From Bacteroidaceae bacterium (lineage in GTDB: Bacteria > Bacteroidota > Bacteroidia > Bacteroidales > Bacteroidaceae), in assembly GCA_017540585.1 (NCBI GenBank), contig JAFYAT010000102.1, positions 47,221-111,220 on the forward strand: a stretch of 64,000 bases of DNA. Direction: 5' to 3'. This document shows positions 19,665 to 32,200 of this stretch, piece by piece. How positions within the stretch are numbered: position 1 is the stretch's first letter; each line of letters opens with the position of its first letter. The notes below the pieces were generated by a model. It was given only the letters and a program-made list of their open reading frames with translations. It was not told the origin of the DNA and ran no database searches. The position numbers and the translations under genes were made by a program.

Positions 19665-22600
19665 ATGAACAAAGTTAAATTCATTATAACTACATTAGTG
19701 CTGTTCTTCTGTGTAAGTTCAGCATTCGCTCAGAAGCGACGCATCACAGGTAGCGTTTACGATGACTTAGGCGGTATCATGATGGCCAACGTCGTTGAGC
19801 GTGACGCAAACAACCGTATCGTTGCTGCAACAGTAACGGATATGAACGGAAACTTCTCTCTCGTAGTATTGAATCCAAAGGACAAGATTAGCGTCAGCTT
19901 TGCAGGTTACGAGAAGTACGAGGAGATAATTGGAACAACTAAGAATAAGTTCAACATCAAGCTCCATGAGATAACACTCAAGGAAGTTGTTGTCAAGGCT
20001 AAACCAATGGTACGAAGCAATGGTATGGCAATCCCTTTAAAGGAGGTATCTGTTGCTACACAGACAATGGATATGGATGATGTCGAAGGTCTTTCTTTCT
20101 CAAGTGCAGACGAAGCACTTCAGGGTAAGATTGCAGGTCTTGATATCGTTGCCAACTCTGGTAACCTTGGTTCTGGTACATCTATGCGTATGCGTGGTGT
20201 CAGCACAATCAATGGTTCAGCAGAGCCACTTATCGTTGTGGATGGTAACATCTTTGATATTCCTGATGGAGCATCAAACATCAACTTTGATGACCTTGAT
20301 AATGAGGAACAGTTCGCTACCCTTCTCTCTGTAAATACAGAGGATATTGCGAAAATCACAGTTCTCAAGGATGCCGCTGCAACTGCTATCTGGGGTTCAA
20401 AGGGTGCAAGTGGTGTACTTGAAATCACAACTCGTCGTGGTGCTTCTGGTCCTACAAAGCTCAACTTCTCATATAAGTTCTCTGGTTCATGGATGCCATC
20501 AGGTCTTAACATGCTTGATGGTGACGGCTACACTATGATGCTTAAGGAGGCTTACTTCAACCCTAAGCAGAGTGCGGCTACATCAGACATGGTTGAGTTG
20601 AACTATGACAAGTCATTCCCTGTTCAGTACTACAACTTCAACAAGAACACAGACTGGATTGACGCTGTCAGCCAGTTCGGTGCAAAGAATGAATACTATA
20701 TTACTCTCACAGGCGGTGGAGAAAAGGCTAAATTCCGAATTTCAGGAGGCTACTCTCACCAGACAGGTACAATCATTAAGCAGAGCCTCAACCAGCTCAC
20801 TAACCGACTTGTACTCGACTACACCGTGTCTGACCGTATCTTGTTCCAGACAAATATTGCATTCACTTACACTGATAACCATCGTAACTGGGACGGAGAA
20901 AAGACAACAACCATTCTTGGCAAGGCATACGATGCAATGCCAAATATGAGCATCTACGAATACGACCAGTATGGACAACTTACTGGTGACTATTACAAGA
21001 TGCTTCCTTCCAATGGCACCGATGGAGGTGGAGACAATAGTCACAGTTCCGGTCGTCTTGGCGACATGAAGGCACTTGGTAACCCTGTGGCAATTGCAAA
21101 CCTTGCATTCAACAACCAGTCAACTTACCGTATTTCTCCTCAGTTCAATCTCCGTTATAAACTCCTCAGTAAGAGTCCAGACGAAGGTCACACTCTCGAT
21201 CTCAATGCCGAGATTTACATGGACATCTTCAATGAGGCAGTAAATACATACTATCCAAATGCATTGACAACGGATTCTTGGGCTGATAAAGTTAACCAAA
21301 CTTCAAGTTATGACTTCTCAAGCATCGGTATCACCAATCGTGAGAAACTTATTTTCACACCTAAGTTCAACAACGACATCATGACAGCAAGTGTACTTGC
21401 ACAGTTTGAAGTCTGGTCTGAAAATAGCTCAAAACAAGGTAGCTCACAGACTGGTCTTCCAACAGGTCTTAACTCTCCTATATCTGAAGCATATATAACC
21501 GACACTTATACAGGAAATGGTAAGGCACATCGTATGTCATATCTTGCAAGTGGACATATAGCATTCTTTGATGGACGCTATGCCTTCGACGCAACTATTA
21601 GACGTGACGGCTCTACTAAGTTCGGTGCAGGACGCAAGTGGGGTACATTCCCGGGCATCTCTGGACGTTGGAATATCAATCAGGAACCATTCTTCGAGAA
21701 GCTTCATGTAGGTCATATCATTTCTATGCTCTCTTTCCGACCATCATGGGGTAAGGTAGGTAAGGAACCAAATAACGAATACCTTATGTACAATACTTAT
21801 CAAAGTAAGGGTACATACGGTAAGAGTGGTTATAGTTATGGTGCTATTGCTCCAAACAATCTCCGTCTTACAGACCTTAGATGGGAGACTATAAAGTCCT
21901 GGAATCTTGGTGGTAACCTCAACCTCTTTGAGGACCTTATCCAAATTCAGTTTGAATACTACAACAAACAGACAACAGACCTTCTCATGAAGGACGTAGG
22001 AATTTCAGGCATTACAGGTTACAATAAGCTCGCATGGGCAAATGTCGGTGGACTCCGCAACCGTGGATGGGAGCTTTACATCAATACTGGTAAGTTCGCA
22101 AAGATTGGGGACTTCTCAATGTCTTTGAACTTCAACATTGCACAGAATGTGAACACCATTACTGATATGGATGCCAGCGTACTTGCAAGTATGAATGGAA
22201 ACTACGAATATAAAAATGCAGACTACCTCAAGCGTATCCAGATTGGTAATGCCGTAGGTTCTATCTATGGATTCAAGTATAAGGGTGTATATGCTTACGA
22301 CTACGAGCACAGCGGTTACACTACACAGTCTTACAATACTTATGGCGAACGTACAGCATACGCAGCAGAACTTCGTGGAGACAACTCTACAGTTCCTGTA
22401 GCACGTGATGCAGAAGGCAACATACTCTACGATGCCAAGGGTAACCCACTCCACATGTACTTCAACTATGGAGGAAAGAACTATGAGTTCAAGGGTGGAG
22501 ATGTCATCTACGAGGATATCAACCATGACGGTCAGATTGACGAACTTGATATCGTTTACCTCGGTAACTCAAATCCTAAGGTAAACGGAGGATTCGGCTT

Positions 22601-23072
22601 TAACTTCAACTATAAGAGTTGGAAGCTCAAGTTGTCATTCAACTATCGTTTTGGCAACAAGATTGCCAATACTGCAAGACTTAACAATGAGTCAATGCGT
22701 AACAACAAGAACCAGTCACAGGCTGTTGCTTGGAGATGGCGCAAGAATGGCGATGTTACAGAGATTCCACGTGCTATGAACGAAAAGATTGGAGCATCAT
22801 ACAATGCACTCGCAAGCGACCGCTATGTAGAGAATGGAGACTTCCTTCGTCTTCAGTACGCACAGTTGAGCTACAGTCTTCCAGCAAAAACAGCTCAGAA
22901 CCTTGGTCTCAAGTCACTCACTTGTAGTGCATCTGCAAACAACTTGTTCTGTATCACTAAATATACAGGTGTTGACCCAGAAATCAGTTATGGTTCATGG
23001 GGTGTCTGCTACGATAACTCCAAGACTCCACGTTCAAAGTCATTCACATTCAGCATGAACATAGGTTTCTAA
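19665..23072 (+). CDS. SusC/RagA-family TonB-dependent outer-membrane transporter (pair 1)
   Basis: 1135 aa. Signal peptide, then a CarboxypepD_reg-like start (ITGSVYDD...MNGNFSL). Plug motif GSGTSMRMRGVSTINGSAEPLIVVDG. Terminal ...FTFSMNIGF. No N-terminal STN-type extension. A SusD-like gene follows after 33 nt. Confidence 0.95.
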   Translation: MNKVKFIITTLVLFFCVSSAFAQKRRITGSVYDDLGGIMMANVVERDANNRIVAATVTDMNGNFSLVVLNPKDKISVSFAGYEKYEEIIGTTKNKFNIKLHEITLKEVVVKAKPMVRSNGMAIPLKEVSVATQTMDMDDVEGLSFSSADEALQGKIAGLDIVANSGNLGSGTSMRMRGVSTINGSAEPLIVVDGNIFDIPDGASNINFDDLDNEEQFATLLSVNTEDIAKITVLKDAAATAIWGSKGASGVLEITTRRGASGPTKLNFSYKFSGSWMPSGLNMLDGDGYTMMLKEAYFNPKQSAATSDMVELNYDKSFPVQYYNFNKNTDWIDAVSQFGAKNEYYITLTGGGEKAKFRISGGYSHQTGTIIKQSLNQLTNRLVLDYTVSDRILFQTNIAFTYTDNHRNWDGEKTTTILGKAYDAMPNMSIYEYDQYGQLTGDYYKMLPSNGTDGGGDNSHSSGRLGDMKALGNPVAIANLAFNNQSTYRISPQFNLRYKLLSKSPDEGHTLDLNAEIYMDIFNEAVNTYYPNALTTDSWADKVNQTSSYDFSSIGITNREKLIFTPKFNNDIMTASVLAQFEVWSENSSKQGSSQTGLPTGLNSPISEAYITDTYTGNGKAHRMSYLASGHIAFFDGRYAFDATIRRDGSTKFGAGRKWGTFPGISGRWNINQEPFFEKLHVGHIISMLSFRPSWGKVGKEPNNEYLMYNTYQSKGTYGKSGYSYGAIAPNNLRLTDLRWETIKSWNLGGNLNLFEDLIQIQFEYYNKQTTDLLMKDVGISGITGYNKLAWANVGGLRNRGWELYINTGKFAKIGDFSMSLNFNIAQNVNTITDMDASVLASMNGNYEYKNADYLKRIQIGNAVGSIYGFKYKGVYAYDYEHSGYTTQSYNTYGERTAYAAELRGDNSTVPVARDAEGNILYDAKGNPLHMYFNYGGKNYEFKGGDVIYEDINHDGQIDELDIVYLGNSNPKVNGGFGFNFNYKSWKLKLSFNYRFGNKIANTARLNNESMRNNKNQSQAVAWRWRKNGDVTEIPRAMNEKIGASYNALASDRYVENGDFLRLQYAQLSYSLPAKTAQNLGLKSLTCSASANNLFCITKYTGVDPEISYGSWGVCYDNSKTPRSKSFTFSMNIGF

Positions 23073-23105
23073 TTCAAGCATTGAACTGACAAAAAAGAAA
23101 TAATT

Positions 23106-25052
23106 ATGAAACAATATAATAAGGTTACGATGAAGATAAAGAAAGGATTAGGATGGGCAATGTCAATTGCCATCCTTCCTGCCACATTCTTCACAATCAC
23201 CTCATGTGAGGATTATCTCACAATCACCCCAACAAGTTCCATCGTAGAGGAGGAATTCTGGCAGGATAAGAATGACCTCGAGAATGCACTGTTCGGATGC
23301 TACAAGAGCATGACTGAAGAAGCATTTCTCAACAAGGTTATCTATTGGGGAGAGATGCGAAGCGATAACTGCGAACGCTCTACAGAACTTAAGGCATCAT
23401 CAGACGAGGCAAACGTCATGAATGCCAATATTCTTCCAACATACGGCATTTACGACTGGACGCCGATGTACAACACAATCAATTACTGCAACAAGGTATT
23501 AGATCATGGAGAAAAGGTTGTTCTTACAGACGAAAGTTTCTCCGAGCAGAACTGGCTGCCTATCAAAGCTGAGGTTTTGACAATACGTGCGCTATGCTAT
23601 TTCTATCTTGTTCGTTCATTCGGTGAAGTGCCATACATCACACATGACATCAACAACAATTCACAAGAGTTGTCTTTTCCACAGAAAACGCAGTTGTATG
23701 TCTTAAACCGAATCATAGCAGATTTGGATACTGCAAAGACTTTTGCCATGACAGAATATGGCAATACAGTTTCAAACAAGGGACGTATCACAAAGAAAGC
23801 TATATATGCTCTTCTTGCAGACGTTCACCTTTGGCGTGCAAGTTATCTTCAGGGCAAATGCCATCCTTTTGTCAACAGACTTAAGAATGAATATGCTCCA
23901 AATCCAACAACGGCAAATGAATCAGATAGAGAAACAACAACGGCTACAGCAGAATCTGATTACAGGGACTGCATTAGTTATTGTGATTCTATCATTGATA
24001 TCTGCTACAGTGACCTTAATAAGAAAATAAGAAAGAGATATCCATTGTATGCTTCCATCAAACCTGAGTTAGCAGACCTCTTGTCACAGAACGTATCTAC
24101 GACAGAATTAGGTCAGAAATTACCAACCGAATCTACAAACGCATTTAATGATATTTTCGGAAGTGGTAACTCAGATGAATCTATTTTCGAGATTCAGTTC
24201 GATGGTTCAACATACGGCAACAACATGACCACATCCCTTTTCTGGAATCTTCATGACAATAAGGTTGCAAAACTTACAGCTCCAAAGACACTCTTCAAGG
24301 AGGTTGCTCCTAATCCAAATGCAGATGTAGCATCAGCTGTATTCACTAAGACAGACTATCGTAGATGGGATGCTTTGTATCACCTTGACGATGATGGACA
24401 AACAGAGTTCAACTACACAAAGCTATCTATGGAAAGTAATAAACAGGGAAATGCTAAGAAGAATATGCTTTCTGACAATACTGCCTCTATAAAAAGCGGT
24501 ACATATTCATTAGAGATAACAAGAGTGTACCGTGGAGAAGGAATAAGCAATGATGCAAATTTCATTATCTACCGTCTCCCAGAAATTCTTCTTATGAAGG
24601 CTGAAGCTATCTCTCAGATATCATCTTCTAAAGAAGACCTTATGACAGCTTTCAATTGTGTTAAGGAAGTATTCAAGCGCTCAAATCCTTACGCATATAA
24701 CAAGAGCAACACTACTGCCGGCTCAGATACACTCAAGACAGAAATGTTCATGACACCAAGAGCAATGGAATATCTTGTCATGGCTGAACGTCAGCGTGAG
24801 TTCCTTTGCGAAGGAAAGCGTTGGTTTGACCTCGTCCGTTTTGCACAGCGTCGTGGCAATACAGAGGATATGCTGACACTCCTTGTCCGCAAATATTCAG
24901 GAAACCAGAAATCTGTTCAAGCAAAACTTGCAGATATGCAATCATTGTTCTCTCCTGTATATGACAATGAGCTTAAAACGAACTATTTGCTCTACCAGAA
25001 TGGTGCATGGAAAGCATCTAAGACAACAGGCAGAACTGACAATCAAAAATAA
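23106..25052 (+). CDS. SusD/RagB-family lipoprotein (pair 1)
   Basis: 648 aa. Lipobox FFTITSC-EDYL. RagB/SusD-type segments LTIRALCYFYLVRSFGEVPYI and REFLCEGKRWFDLVRF. The start may be the internal Met at 23130. Confidence 0.9.
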   Translation: MKQYNKVTMKIKKGLGWAMSIAILPATFFTITSCEDYLTITPTSSIVEEEFWQDKNDLENALFGCYKSMTEEAFLNKVIYWGEMRSDNCERSTELKASSDEANVMNANILPTYGIYDWTPMYNTINYCNKVLDHGEKVVLTDESFSEQNWLPIKAEVLTIRALCYFYLVRSFGEVPYITHDINNNSQELSFPQKTQLYVLNRIIADLDTAKTFAMTEYGNTVSNKGRITKKAIYALLADVHLWRASYLQGKCHPFVNRLKNEYAPNPTTANESDRETTTATAESDYRDCISYCDSIIDICYSDLNKKIRKRYPLYASIKPELADLLSQNVSTTELGQKLPTESTNAFNDIFGSGNSDESIFEIQFDGSTYGNNMTTSLFWNLHDNKVAKLTAPKTLFKEVAPNPNADVASAVFTKTDYRRWDALYHLDDDGQTEFNYTKLSMESNKQGNAKKNMLSDNTASIKSGTYSLEITRVYRGEGISNDANFIIYRLPEILLMKAEAISQISSSKEDLMTAFNCVKEVFKRSNPYAYNKSNTTAGSDTLKTEMFMTPRAMEYLVMAERQREFLCEGKRWFDLVRFAQRRGNTEDMLTLLVRKYSGNQKSVQAKLADMQSLFSPVYDNELKTNYLLYQNGAWKASKTTGRTDNQK

Positions 25053-25062
25053 CTGAAAAGTC

Positions 25063-27219
25063 ATGAATAAAACAAATATATTCACAAAGAACAAAGGTGT
25101 TATCGGTGGACTTATGTCTGCTGCAATCCTTTCCGTCTTTTCTCTCTCTTCTTGTAAGGAGACAATAGATGAAAGTGACCTCTACACCTTCACTGGTGAG
25201 ATGATGATTGACCACTTTGAGAACAATCCTAAAGAATTCAGCAGTTATCTCACACTCCTTAACCGTGTCAAGCCAAGCCAGCGTTCAAAGTCAACTATGC
25301 GTGACCTTCTCTCTGCGCGTGGAAATTACACATGCTTCGCTCCTACAAACGAAGCAATCCAGCAGTACCTTGATTCTGTAATGAACCTGCCAGAACCATT
25401 GGTTAGCACTACTGATGTTAATCTTATTCCTGACTCAGTAGCACAGGAAATCGTGTTCAATTCCATCATTCAGAATGGTAACGACCTTGCTTTCAAGAGC
25501 ACAGACTTTGAAGAAGGTGCTCTCAAGACTACCAACATGAATGACCGATATGTCAGTATCTCATACGGAAAGAAAACAGAAAAGGCAGTAAGTAATAATG
25601 ACACAATTTCATATTATACTACTGTAACATACGTCAACACTTACTCTGCTATCGTAGAGCCTGATATTGAGGTGGCAAATGGATACATACATGCAATTGA
25701 CCATGTACTTGCACCATCCAATGCAACAATAGCAGGTCTTATCTTGACAACTCCTAACACTACATTCTTTGGAGAACTGCTCAAACTTACTGGATACGAT
25801 GCCCAAATGGCAAAGATTAAAGACGTAGCATGGGAGGTAAAGCACGATGATATCAGAGGTCAAGACTTTACACATGCAAGTTGGAAAGGAAAATACCCTG
25901 AATTCAGGAAGTTCGGATTCACTGTGTTCCTTGAAACCAACGATGTATTTGAGGCAGCAGGAATTACAGACCTTGCAAGCCTCAAGGAATATGTAAAGGA
26001 ACATGCAAACTTTGATGACGACACCAGTCGTGGTAATATGACTTCTTGGGGAGAGGACTATGAAAATCCATACAACTGGCTCAATCAGTTTGTGGCATAC
26101 CATATTCTCCCAGAATCATTGACATACAACACAATGGTAACATTTGCCAATGAGTATGGTACATACGCTGGTCAAATGAAGAACCGAACAGCTTCTAATT
26201 TCTATGTAAACGTTTGGGAATATTGGGAAACAATGGGTATTCAGCGTCGTCTGATGAAAGTAACAGGCTACCAGAAACTTGTTGGCGGTAGCCGTATCAT
26301 CTCACGTGCCATCAATCGTGCATCTAAGTACAACAACAAGACATACAAAGAAGATTTAGGCAAGATGGAAATCCTCGGTATAGACATTGCTGCTACAAAC
26401 GGAGATTACACCAACAATGCACTTAATGGCTGGTACTACCCTATCGACCAGATTCTTCTTTGGAACTCAGATGTACCAAACAAGGTACTCAATGAGCGAC
26501 TTCGTTTTGACATTACATCACTCTTCCCAGAGTTCCTCAACAACAACATCAAACAGAACAGAGCAGCTGAGAAATGTGGAAGTGGTTACTGGTACTTCAC
26601 TCCAGACTACATTGATAACGTAGTTGCCATGAGTGATGAAACAAAGTTTATCTATCTTCCAAACCAAGGCTATTCTGGCGGCATCAACAGTTGGATGAAC
26701 TATCAGATAGATGAGTTCAACATTCAGGGAATCTTCGACTTTACGATGAAATTACCACCTGTCCCATATACCGGTACATACGAAATACGCTATGGTATCA
26801 ATGCCAATAATAACCGTGGTATGGCACAGGTATATTTCGGAAAGAACAAGAACAACCTTCCTGCAATAGGTATTCCACTTGACCTTCGTACCGCATCAGG
26901 AACAAATACTGATGCAACAGGATGGGTTAAGGATGACGTTCGTGATGACGAAGCAAACGCAGAGAATGATAAGTCAATGCGTAACCTCGGATTCATGAAG
27001 GGACCTAAGTACATCCAATTGGATGCAAGCAACACGGGACGTTCAGCAGACCAGTGTTTGCGTAAGATTATCTATACAGGTGTTCTTGAAGCAGGAGAGA
27101 CATATTATGTCCGTTTCAAGTCAGTACTTGCAGGAACAACATACGAGTTCTTCTTTGACTATCTCGAGTTAGTACCTAAGTCTGTATATGCTGGAGATGA
27201 AGCAGAAGACATCTGGTAA
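25063..27219 (+). CDS. Lipoprotein with an N-terminal FAS1-like domain and a large uncharacterised C-terminal region
   Basis: 718 aa. Lipobox LSSC-KETIDESD. FAS1-like YTCFAPTNEAIQQYL and NGYIHAIDHVLAP. It occupies the position usually taken by surface glycan-binding proteins downstream of SusD. Confidence 0.72.
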   Translation: MNKTNIFTKNKGVIGGLMSAAILSVFSLSSCKETIDESDLYTFTGEMMIDHFENNPKEFSSYLTLLNRVKPSQRSKSTMRDLLSARGNYTCFAPTNEAIQQYLDSVMNLPEPLVSTTDVNLIPDSVAQEIVFNSIIQNGNDLAFKSTDFEEGALKTTNMNDRYVSISYGKKTEKAVSNNDTISYYTTVTYVNTYSAIVEPDIEVANGYIHAIDHVLAPSNATIAGLILTTPNTTFFGELLKLTGYDAQMAKIKDVAWEVKHDDIRGQDFTHASWKGKYPEFRKFGFTVFLETNDVFEAAGITDLASLKEYVKEHANFDDDTSRGNMTSWGEDYENPYNWLNQFVAYHILPESLTYNTMVTFANEYGTYAGQMKNRTASNFYVNVWEYWETMGIQRRLMKVTGYQKLVGGSRIISRAINRASKYNNKTYKEDLGKMEILGIDIAATNGDYTNNALNGWYYPIDQILLWNSDVPNKVLNERLRFDITSLFPEFLNNNIKQNRAAEKCGSGYWYFTPDYIDNVVAMSDETKFIYLPNQGYSGGINSWMNYQIDEFNIQGIFDFTMKLPPVPYTGTYEIRYGINANNNRGMAQVYFGKNKNNLPAIGIPLDLRTASGTNTDATGWVKDDVRDDEANAENDKSMRNLGFMKGPKYIQLDASNTGRSADQCLRKIIYTGVLEAGETYYVRFKSVLAGTTYEFFFDYLELVPKSVYAGDEAEDIW

Positions 27220-27247
27220 TAATCAACAAACCTAAATTAAAGGAAAT

Positions 27248-29185
27248 ATGACAAACAAGATAAACTTAATAAAGAGTAAGTATCTTGCTGGAGGAATGAT
27301 TCTTTCATTCCTCACAGCAAGTACACTCTTCACATTCTCATCTTGTGCCGATGACCATTTCAACATATCATCTGAAGTCACTGGTACCAAGACAATATGG
27401 GAAAATATCAAAGAGAACAAGAATTTGTCCGACTATGCCTATATCCTTGAGCATGTGCCTTACTCTCAGAAGGATAAAGGTTTTACATCACAGACGTACG
27501 CAGACGTTCTCAATGGTGACCAGACATTCACAATCTGGGCACCAACCAATGGTTCATACGATTTTGAGTCATACAAGAAGCTAATAGAGTCTGGTGTTGA
27601 AGATAATATCAAGAGAGTAGAACTTGAACTTATCCGTAACAACATGACAAGATACACTCATGTAATGAATGGACAAGAACAGGAGAAACTTGTTCTCTTC
27701 AATGGCAAGAGATGTATTCTGGACTATGCAAATAACACTTTTGGTGGAAATAGTGTCATACAGCCAAACATTGCATCATCAAATGGTGTGCTCCATGTTA
27801 CTCAGGCACCAGCTGATTTCATTCCAAACCTGTATGAGTATTACTTTTTAGCACCAAACTCAAGCGAAATACAAAAGTTCCTCAAAAAGTATGAAACGGA
27901 AGAATTCGACAACTATAGTTCTATCCCAGGTCCAACAGTAAACGGAGAAATAACATGGGTGGATTCAATAACTTACAAATACAATAATTATCTTGGCCAA
28001 TACCTCGCACGCGAAGATAGTAACTATGCTGTAATCATTCCGACAGACAATGCATGGAAGCAGGTATATGACAAGATTGGAACTTATTTCAATTTTAGGA
28101 ACAAATATATTCAAGATGTACATTTAAAAACTGAAACAGGAAGCGATACAATAATCACAGGAAAAGAAACAGTTCTTGGAACCGAAGAACTTGATTCTAT
28201 CAAAAAATTGTATATAAGCAATTCCATTCTCAAAGGTACTTTTTTTAATGCAAACTGGCAACCACGCCAAATTTCCATTGCTTCACTTAAAGATATCTCA
28301 AATGCAGACTCACTCGAAACGGCTTTAGAGATTAACTCACTCACAAAAACAAGTCAAGAAATAGAAAAAAATATAAAAAATAATCACAAGTTCAAGAAGC
28401 CAGGAACATTGAATGAAACCAATGACAAGCAATACACACATGAATATGCTGATTTCACAAAGATGTTTGGCGGGAATGATCCTATCAGATGTAGCAATGG
28501 TTATGCTTACATCACAGATGCATGGAATTTCCCAAGTTCACTATATGCTCCTACATTAGAGTATAAAGCAGCTCAAATTTTCGAAACTGCGAAAAAAGGA
28601 ACTGCAATATCAGACAGGCTTACTGCCACATACCTTGGTGCAAACGGACAAGATTCCATCGTTTCATATGACTATGTCGCAGTCACAGGTTCTGGTAGTC
28701 AGTTTGAAGCAATATTCAAATTGCGAGATATGCTATCATGTAGATATGAAATCTATTTGGTTACTCTTCATAACAATGAAACAAACAGACCTACAATTTT
28801 CAAGACATCAATCTCATTCCATAATGAGACGGATAAGCCAAAGGAGAAGTCTATATTGGTTTCTGACTGGATGTCTGACTATCAGAATAGGACTGGTTCA
28901 TACGGTGAAGAAATTACTGATGCTAAGAAAAAAGTCAACTACTACACTCGTCAGGCAAATATTGATACCGTGTCCATTTCGCCTGTTAAAATTTCAGGAG
29001 GTTCACTGACAGATACAATATGTATTGCTAAGGATTACGAAATTCCATACTCATACTATGGACTTACAAACGCATATCCACTTATAACATTCACAAGTGC
29101 AGCTATGAGTGGTGATATCAAACAATTATACTGTCGTCAGATGCGCATAGTATCAATCATCTTAAAACCAAAGAGAGACGAATAA
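27248..29185 (+). CDS. Lipoprotein with two FAS1-like domains
   Basis: 645 aa. Lipobox FSSC-ADDH. FAS1-like FTIWAPTNGSYDF / NGVLHVTQAP and YAVIIPTDNAWKQVY / NGYAYITDAW. Confidence 0.68.
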   Translation: MTNKINLIKSKYLAGGMILSFLTASTLFTFSSCADDHFNISSEVTGTKTIWENIKENKNLSDYAYILEHVPYSQKDKGFTSQTYADVLNGDQTFTIWAPTNGSYDFESYKKLIESGVEDNIKRVELELIRNNMTRYTHVMNGQEQEKLVLFNGKRCILDYANNTFGGNSVIQPNIASSNGVLHVTQAPADFIPNLYEYYFLAPNSSEIQKFLKKYETEEFDNYSSIPGPTVNGEITWVDSITYKYNNYLGQYLAREDSNYAVIIPTDNAWKQVYDKIGTYFNFRNKYIQDVHLKTETGSDTIITGKETVLGTEELDSIKKLYISNSILKGTFFNANWQPRQISIASLKDISNADSLETALEINSLTKTSQEIEKNIKNNHKFKKPGTLNETNDKQYTHEYADFTKMFGGNDPIRCSNGYAYITDAWNFPSSLYAPTLEYKAAQIFETAKKGTAISDRLTATYLGANGQDSIVSYDYVAVTGSGSQFEAIFKLRDMLSCRYEIYLVTLHNNETNRPTIFKTSISFHNETDKPKEKSILVSDWMSDYQNRTGSYGEEITDAKKKVNYYTRQANIDTVSISPVKISGGSLTDTICIAKDYEIPYSYYGLTNAYPLITFTSAAMSGDIKQLYCRQMRIVSIILKPKRDE

Positions 29186-29204
29186 ATCCTAATTAGCAAT
29201 TACA

Positions 29205-32200
29205 ATGATGAATAATAATAAGAACAACAACAGCTTAGTCAAGGCAAGCATTGGTCTCATGATGCTATCAGGAGCAATATGTGTATCTGCCCAGACAAAC
29301 GATAGCGATGATACGCCAAAGGCACCAATAAGAAAGGTTGCCAAGGTAGTAAACTATAAGATGAAAACGGTAAGCGGAACCGTACTCGACGCAGCAACAA
29401 AAGAGCCTATCGAAGGTGCACGTGTTGCAGCATACGGTAATGCCCGTTTCTCAATAATGACAGACGAAAATGGTAATTACAATCTTGAAGTTCCTGTTTT
29501 CGTTAACTCACTCTACGTAACAGTACCAGAGTACAATGACTTACAGGTTGCCTTTGATGGGGAAAATGCACCTACTGCTGAACTCTATAGCACTAAGTTC
29601 AACAACGTGTATTCCACAAAAACATCCATTACATCATCAAACAAGGCAACTGTCAATGAAACAAGTGCAATCACTATTGACGGTGAGATTGATAAGGCAT
29701 TCTCAGGAGATGTACATACCGTAACACGTTCTGGTATGCGTGGACAAGGTATTGCAATGTTCATCCGTGGTATCAATTCTATCAACATCAATGCACAGCC
29801 ACTTGTCATCCTTGATGGCATGATTATTGACTGCCAGCTTGACCGCACAAGCGTACATGACGGATTCTTCAACAATATCCTTGCAGGAATTGACCCTGAT
29901 GATATTGAGTCTGTAGAAGTCCTCAAGAATGCTACATCAATATATGGAGCACGTGGTGCAAATGGTGTTATCCTCATCAACACAAAGCGTGGTAAGTCCA
30001 TGGCTACAAAGATTGAGGCAAACATCAATACAGGTTTTGAATTGATGCCATCATCAATCAGTATGATGAATGCAAGCCAGTTCCTAAACTATGCTTCAGA
30101 ACTCGTGGGTACAACAGAGTATGCACAGAAGTACGCTTCATGGGAAAATAACTATCCATTCCTCGTAAGCGACAAAAATTACTATTGGTATCCACTTTTC
30201 CACAATGAAACAGACTGGTCTGATGGTCTCTACCGCACAGCCATTACACAGAACTACAAGGTAGGTGTTCAAGGTGGTGATGAGAGAGCCATGTATAATC
30301 TCTCACTTGGTAGCACAACTTCACAGTCAACAGCCAAGGGCAATGACATCAGTCGTTTCAATATCCGCTTCAATACTGATATCCAGCTCAGCGAGTATGT
30401 ATCAACACAGTTGGACCTCAGTTTCAGCAACCTCACTTACAACCTTCGAGACAACGGATGGGCAGAGAGCTATGCAAGTAGCACAATCTCTTCACCAAAC
30501 GTGCTCGGACTTATTCAGTCACCATTCCTTTCAAAGTATGGTTACTACACAGGTGATGACTTGAAGTTGCATGAGTCAAGCGTATATGCTGGTAAGTATA
30601 TTGACGACAATAACTATCCTTTTGATTATGCTTCTGCATTCGGTACAAATGCGGCATTAGCAAATCCATATTGGATTTTGGAAAATGGTGACGGTAACAA
30701 CAAGAACCATCAGCAGCAGACTCAGTTCTACCTCAACTTGATGCCAAAATACACCATCAACAAACATTTGTACATCACTAACAGATTTGCTTATCAGTTC
30801 AACCGTTCAAAGGAGAAATATTATCTTCCAAAAGCGGGTACTCCTATCTACACACTTGAAGGATATGGAAATGTCACAACAGTAGTCAAGTCTCTCTTCT
30901 CTAAAGAGACTGCTATTCAGAACGACTTCCGCATAAACTGGAGCAATCAGTATGGTATGCACCAGATTGAAGCCTTTGGAGGTGTACGTTACTCTGCAAA
31001 CACCTTCACTGACACATATATGATTGGTTACAACGCAAGCAATGATAAGATGCCTGACATGAATGGTTCTCTTGATTTCCGTAGCCTTCAGGGAAACCAA
31101 GACAAATGGAGGAATCTTGCATACTACGTAGATGGAAGATGGAGCATCAAGGACACATACATACTTGAGGCAACAATGTCAGCAGAAACATCATCACGTT
31201 TTGGACGTAACACTGATGAAGGTATCAAGATGTTCGGTGTAAAATGGGGACTTTTTCCTTCAGTTCAGGCAGGATGGGTAATCTCAAACGAAAAGTTCAT
31301 GCGCAAGGCAAAGGGTGTTGATTATCTCAAGTTCACTGTGGGCTATGATATCTCAGGTAATGACAATATTGACTATTCTGCTTCACGCACATACTTCAAG
31401 TCATACACATTCCTTAGAGAGGCAATAGCACTCCAGTTGACTAACGTGGAGAACACATCACTCCAATGGGAAACTACACGTTCCTGGAACTTTGCCCTCA
31501 ATGGTTCATTCCTCAAGAACCGTATTCAAGCTGGTCTTGATGTATATGTGCGCAATACAGACCACCTTATCACTCCACGCACCACAAACTATATGTCTGG
31601 TCTCAAGAGCTATCTCACCAACGATGGTGCACTCCGTAACATAGGTGCAGAAGTACATCTTAACGGAATCCTTGTAAATACAAAGAACTTCAAGGCACAG
31701 CTCGGTGCTTCTGTAGGTCACTACAAGAATGAGATTACATCACTTCCTGAGAAGGAGTACATCAACAAGATTTATGGTGCTGAGATTCTCACCAGAGTAG
31801 GTAATTCTGCAAGTGTCTTCTATGGCTACAAGACAAATGGTGTATTAGCAAGCAAAAAGGAAGCAAGCACTGCATACAACGGTAATGATTATCTCAAATA
31901 CCCAACAGGTATTACTGCCAAGCCATACAATAACTTCAATGCAGGTGATATGCGATTCGTAGATCTCTCAGGAGATGGTATCATCGATGAGAACGACAAG
32001 ACTATAATAGGTAATCCTAACCCAGACTTGTTCGGTTCAATCTACGCTAATCTCTCATACAAGCACTGGAGTCTTGACATTAACTTCAAGTACTCTCTCG
32101 GTAACGACATTTACAACTACCAGAGAAGTCAACTCGAATCTTGCAATAATTTCTACAACCAGACATCTGCCGTTGTAAACCGTTGGAAGAACGAGGGACA